A stretch of 35,059 nt of DNA from NCBI GenBank assembly GCA_035714945.1, contig DASTLM010000374.1, forward strand, positions 1-35,059, given 5' to 3'. Of this stretch, positions 34,270-35,059 are shown in pieces; the stretch's first letter is position 1; each line of letters opens with the position of its first letter. This DNA comes from Dehalococcoidia bacterium (GTDB lineage: Bacteria; Chloroflexota; Dehalococcoidia; Lucifugimonadales; UBA3495). The notes under the pieces were generated by a model, which made no database searches, was not told the DNA's origin, and worked only from the letters and a program-made list of their open reading frames with translations. Made by a program: the position numbers and the translations under genes.

Positions 34270-34560
34270 GAAGTGCAGCCCAAACTGACTCCAGCCTTCG
34301 CATCATGCCAGCCGTCCTCAAAGCGCACCTTGGCCGCGTCCAGGACCGCTGCCCGTACTCCGGGACCTGGGGGTCCCGCACCACTGGTGGACTCTTCTGG
34401 TGGACTCTTCCTGCGCCGCCAGAACTTGGCTCCGTTGCCGCTCTTGCCATGCTCCAGGGCCCCACCACGGCCTTCCAGCCGGGTTATTTGCACCCCTAAA
34501 CCTAAGCCAAGGTGAAACCCGCAGGAAGGTCTGATAAGCTGAGGAGGATGCAGGGAATCT
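34270..34560 (-). pseudogene. degenerate transposase-like remnant (family uncertain) containing a 13-nt tandem duplication
   Basis: The minus-strand translation VLDAAKVRFEDGWHDAKAGV resembles a conserved transposase segment. The 13-nt unit ctggtggactctt x2 at 34384-34409 would shift the frame. There is no intact ORF context. Confidence 0.25.
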
Positions 34561-34569
34561 GGAGGTGTA

Positions 34570-34833
34570 GTGGTGGAGGATGTGGCGAAGCTGTTGGAAC
34601 GATGGCAGATGGACCAAAAAGAGGTGCGCCAGCGCATGTATCGGGCACCAACGCCCAGGGAACGGGAGCGTTGGCACGGCCTGTGGTTGTTGGCCCAAGG
34701 ATGGACGGCGACTCAAGTGGCCGAAGCCTTGGAACGGGATGTCCACACCATTGGTGAGTGGTTGGCCAACTTTCGCCGAGACGGTGCCAGGGGTTTAGTC
34801 TTTGAACAGACGGGAGGTTCCCCCCCGCCCTAA
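34570..34833 (+). CDS. IS630-family transposase, N-terminal HTH part (frame 1)
   Basis: RERERWHGLWLLAQGWTATQVAEALERDVHTIGEWLANFRRDGARGL..GGSPP is a typical IS630 N-terminus. The GTG start follows a GGAGG SD. Confidence 0.8.
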   Translation: MVEDVAKLLERWQMDQKEVRQRMYRAPTPRERERWHGLWLLAQGWTATQVAEALERDVHTIGEWLANFRRDGARGLVFEQTGGSPPP

Positions 34834-35059
34834 ATACAGTTCAACAGGACCAACTAAAGCGTGCCGTGCAAGAGCTCCCTGGGGAGGTTGGGATCGATTT
34901 CTCCAACTGGAACTGGAAAGTGGTGAGGCAGTTTCTCAAAGGGCACTTTGGCCTTGGACTCTGTCGGAGCAGTTGTTTGAACTACCTGCATCGTCTGGGA
35001 TTTGTCGTGAAGCAGCCCAAGAAGCGTTTCTTGAAGGCCAATGACCAACGGCGAGAGGC
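34830..35059 (+). CDS. IS630-family transposase continuation (frame -1 relative to 34570, truncated by the window end)
   Basis: LNTVQQDQLKRAVQELPGEVGIDFSNWNWKVVRQFLKGHFGLGLCRSSCLNYLHRLGFVVKQPKK is the second HTH/linker region of IS630 transposases. Confidence 0.75.

Larger units (their letters stand above)
34540..35059 (+). mobile_element. IS630/Tc1-mariner-family insertion sequence, partial (runs off the window; left boundary not determined)
   Basis: It contains the two transposase frames listed below. I could not identify inverted repeats without the right end. Confidence 0.7.

Noticed and set aside
34045-34515. 156-aa ORF as an intact gene
   Set aside because: Only residues 17-75 resemble a known family (DedA, central part). 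The remainder is Pro/Ser/Ala-rich read-through antisense to another fragment, so I treat it as a pseudogene fragment.

Overview
The window is mostly core chromosome from a moderately GC-rich bacterium. The gene order looks Terrabacteria-like, possibly Chloroflexota, but that is inference only. I support about 30 intact CDS. On the plus strand recA-recX converges on a minus-strand run of rny-ymdB-PHP phosphoesterase-plsY-B-box membrane protein. After that come dnaJ-prmA, cysK, and an atypical kinase-like gene paired with a PP2C phosphatase. Next is an inositol-lipid cluster (ino1, a GT4 PimA-like glycosyltransferase, a CDP-alcohol phosphatidyltransferase), followed by ribH and an LLM oxidoreductase. 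A co-directional minus-strand run then carries an alpha/beta hydrolase, an orphan protein, a sugar-phosphate nucleotidyltransferase, MoxR, DUF58 and a DUF4129 membrane protein. It is followed by an acyl-CoA dehydrogenase-like gene, mtaB, a small helical protein, bluB, a GMC oxidoreductase and a class II fumarase. The last intact genes are a cation exchanger, a tandem USP and a DUF502 protein. RNA elements: a clear cobalamin riboswitch lies upstream of bluB on the minus strand, and a degenerate FMN-riboswitch-like element lies upstream of ribH. The right end (about 30.6-35.06 kb) is a rearrangement scar holding gene fragments and a partial IS630-family element whose two reading frames meet at a C7 run. 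I saw no rRNA, tRNA, CRISPR array or recognisable defence system. The most unusual signal I can read directly is 12 loci of short tandem duplications (9-20 nt units, 2-5 copies), 9 of which sit within about 60 nt of a start or stop codon. Three of them duplicate the Shine-Dalgarno region, and two duplicate AT-rich promoter-like units (one carrying three consensus -10 boxes). I cannot judge novelty without database searches. All function calls come from motifs read by eye.
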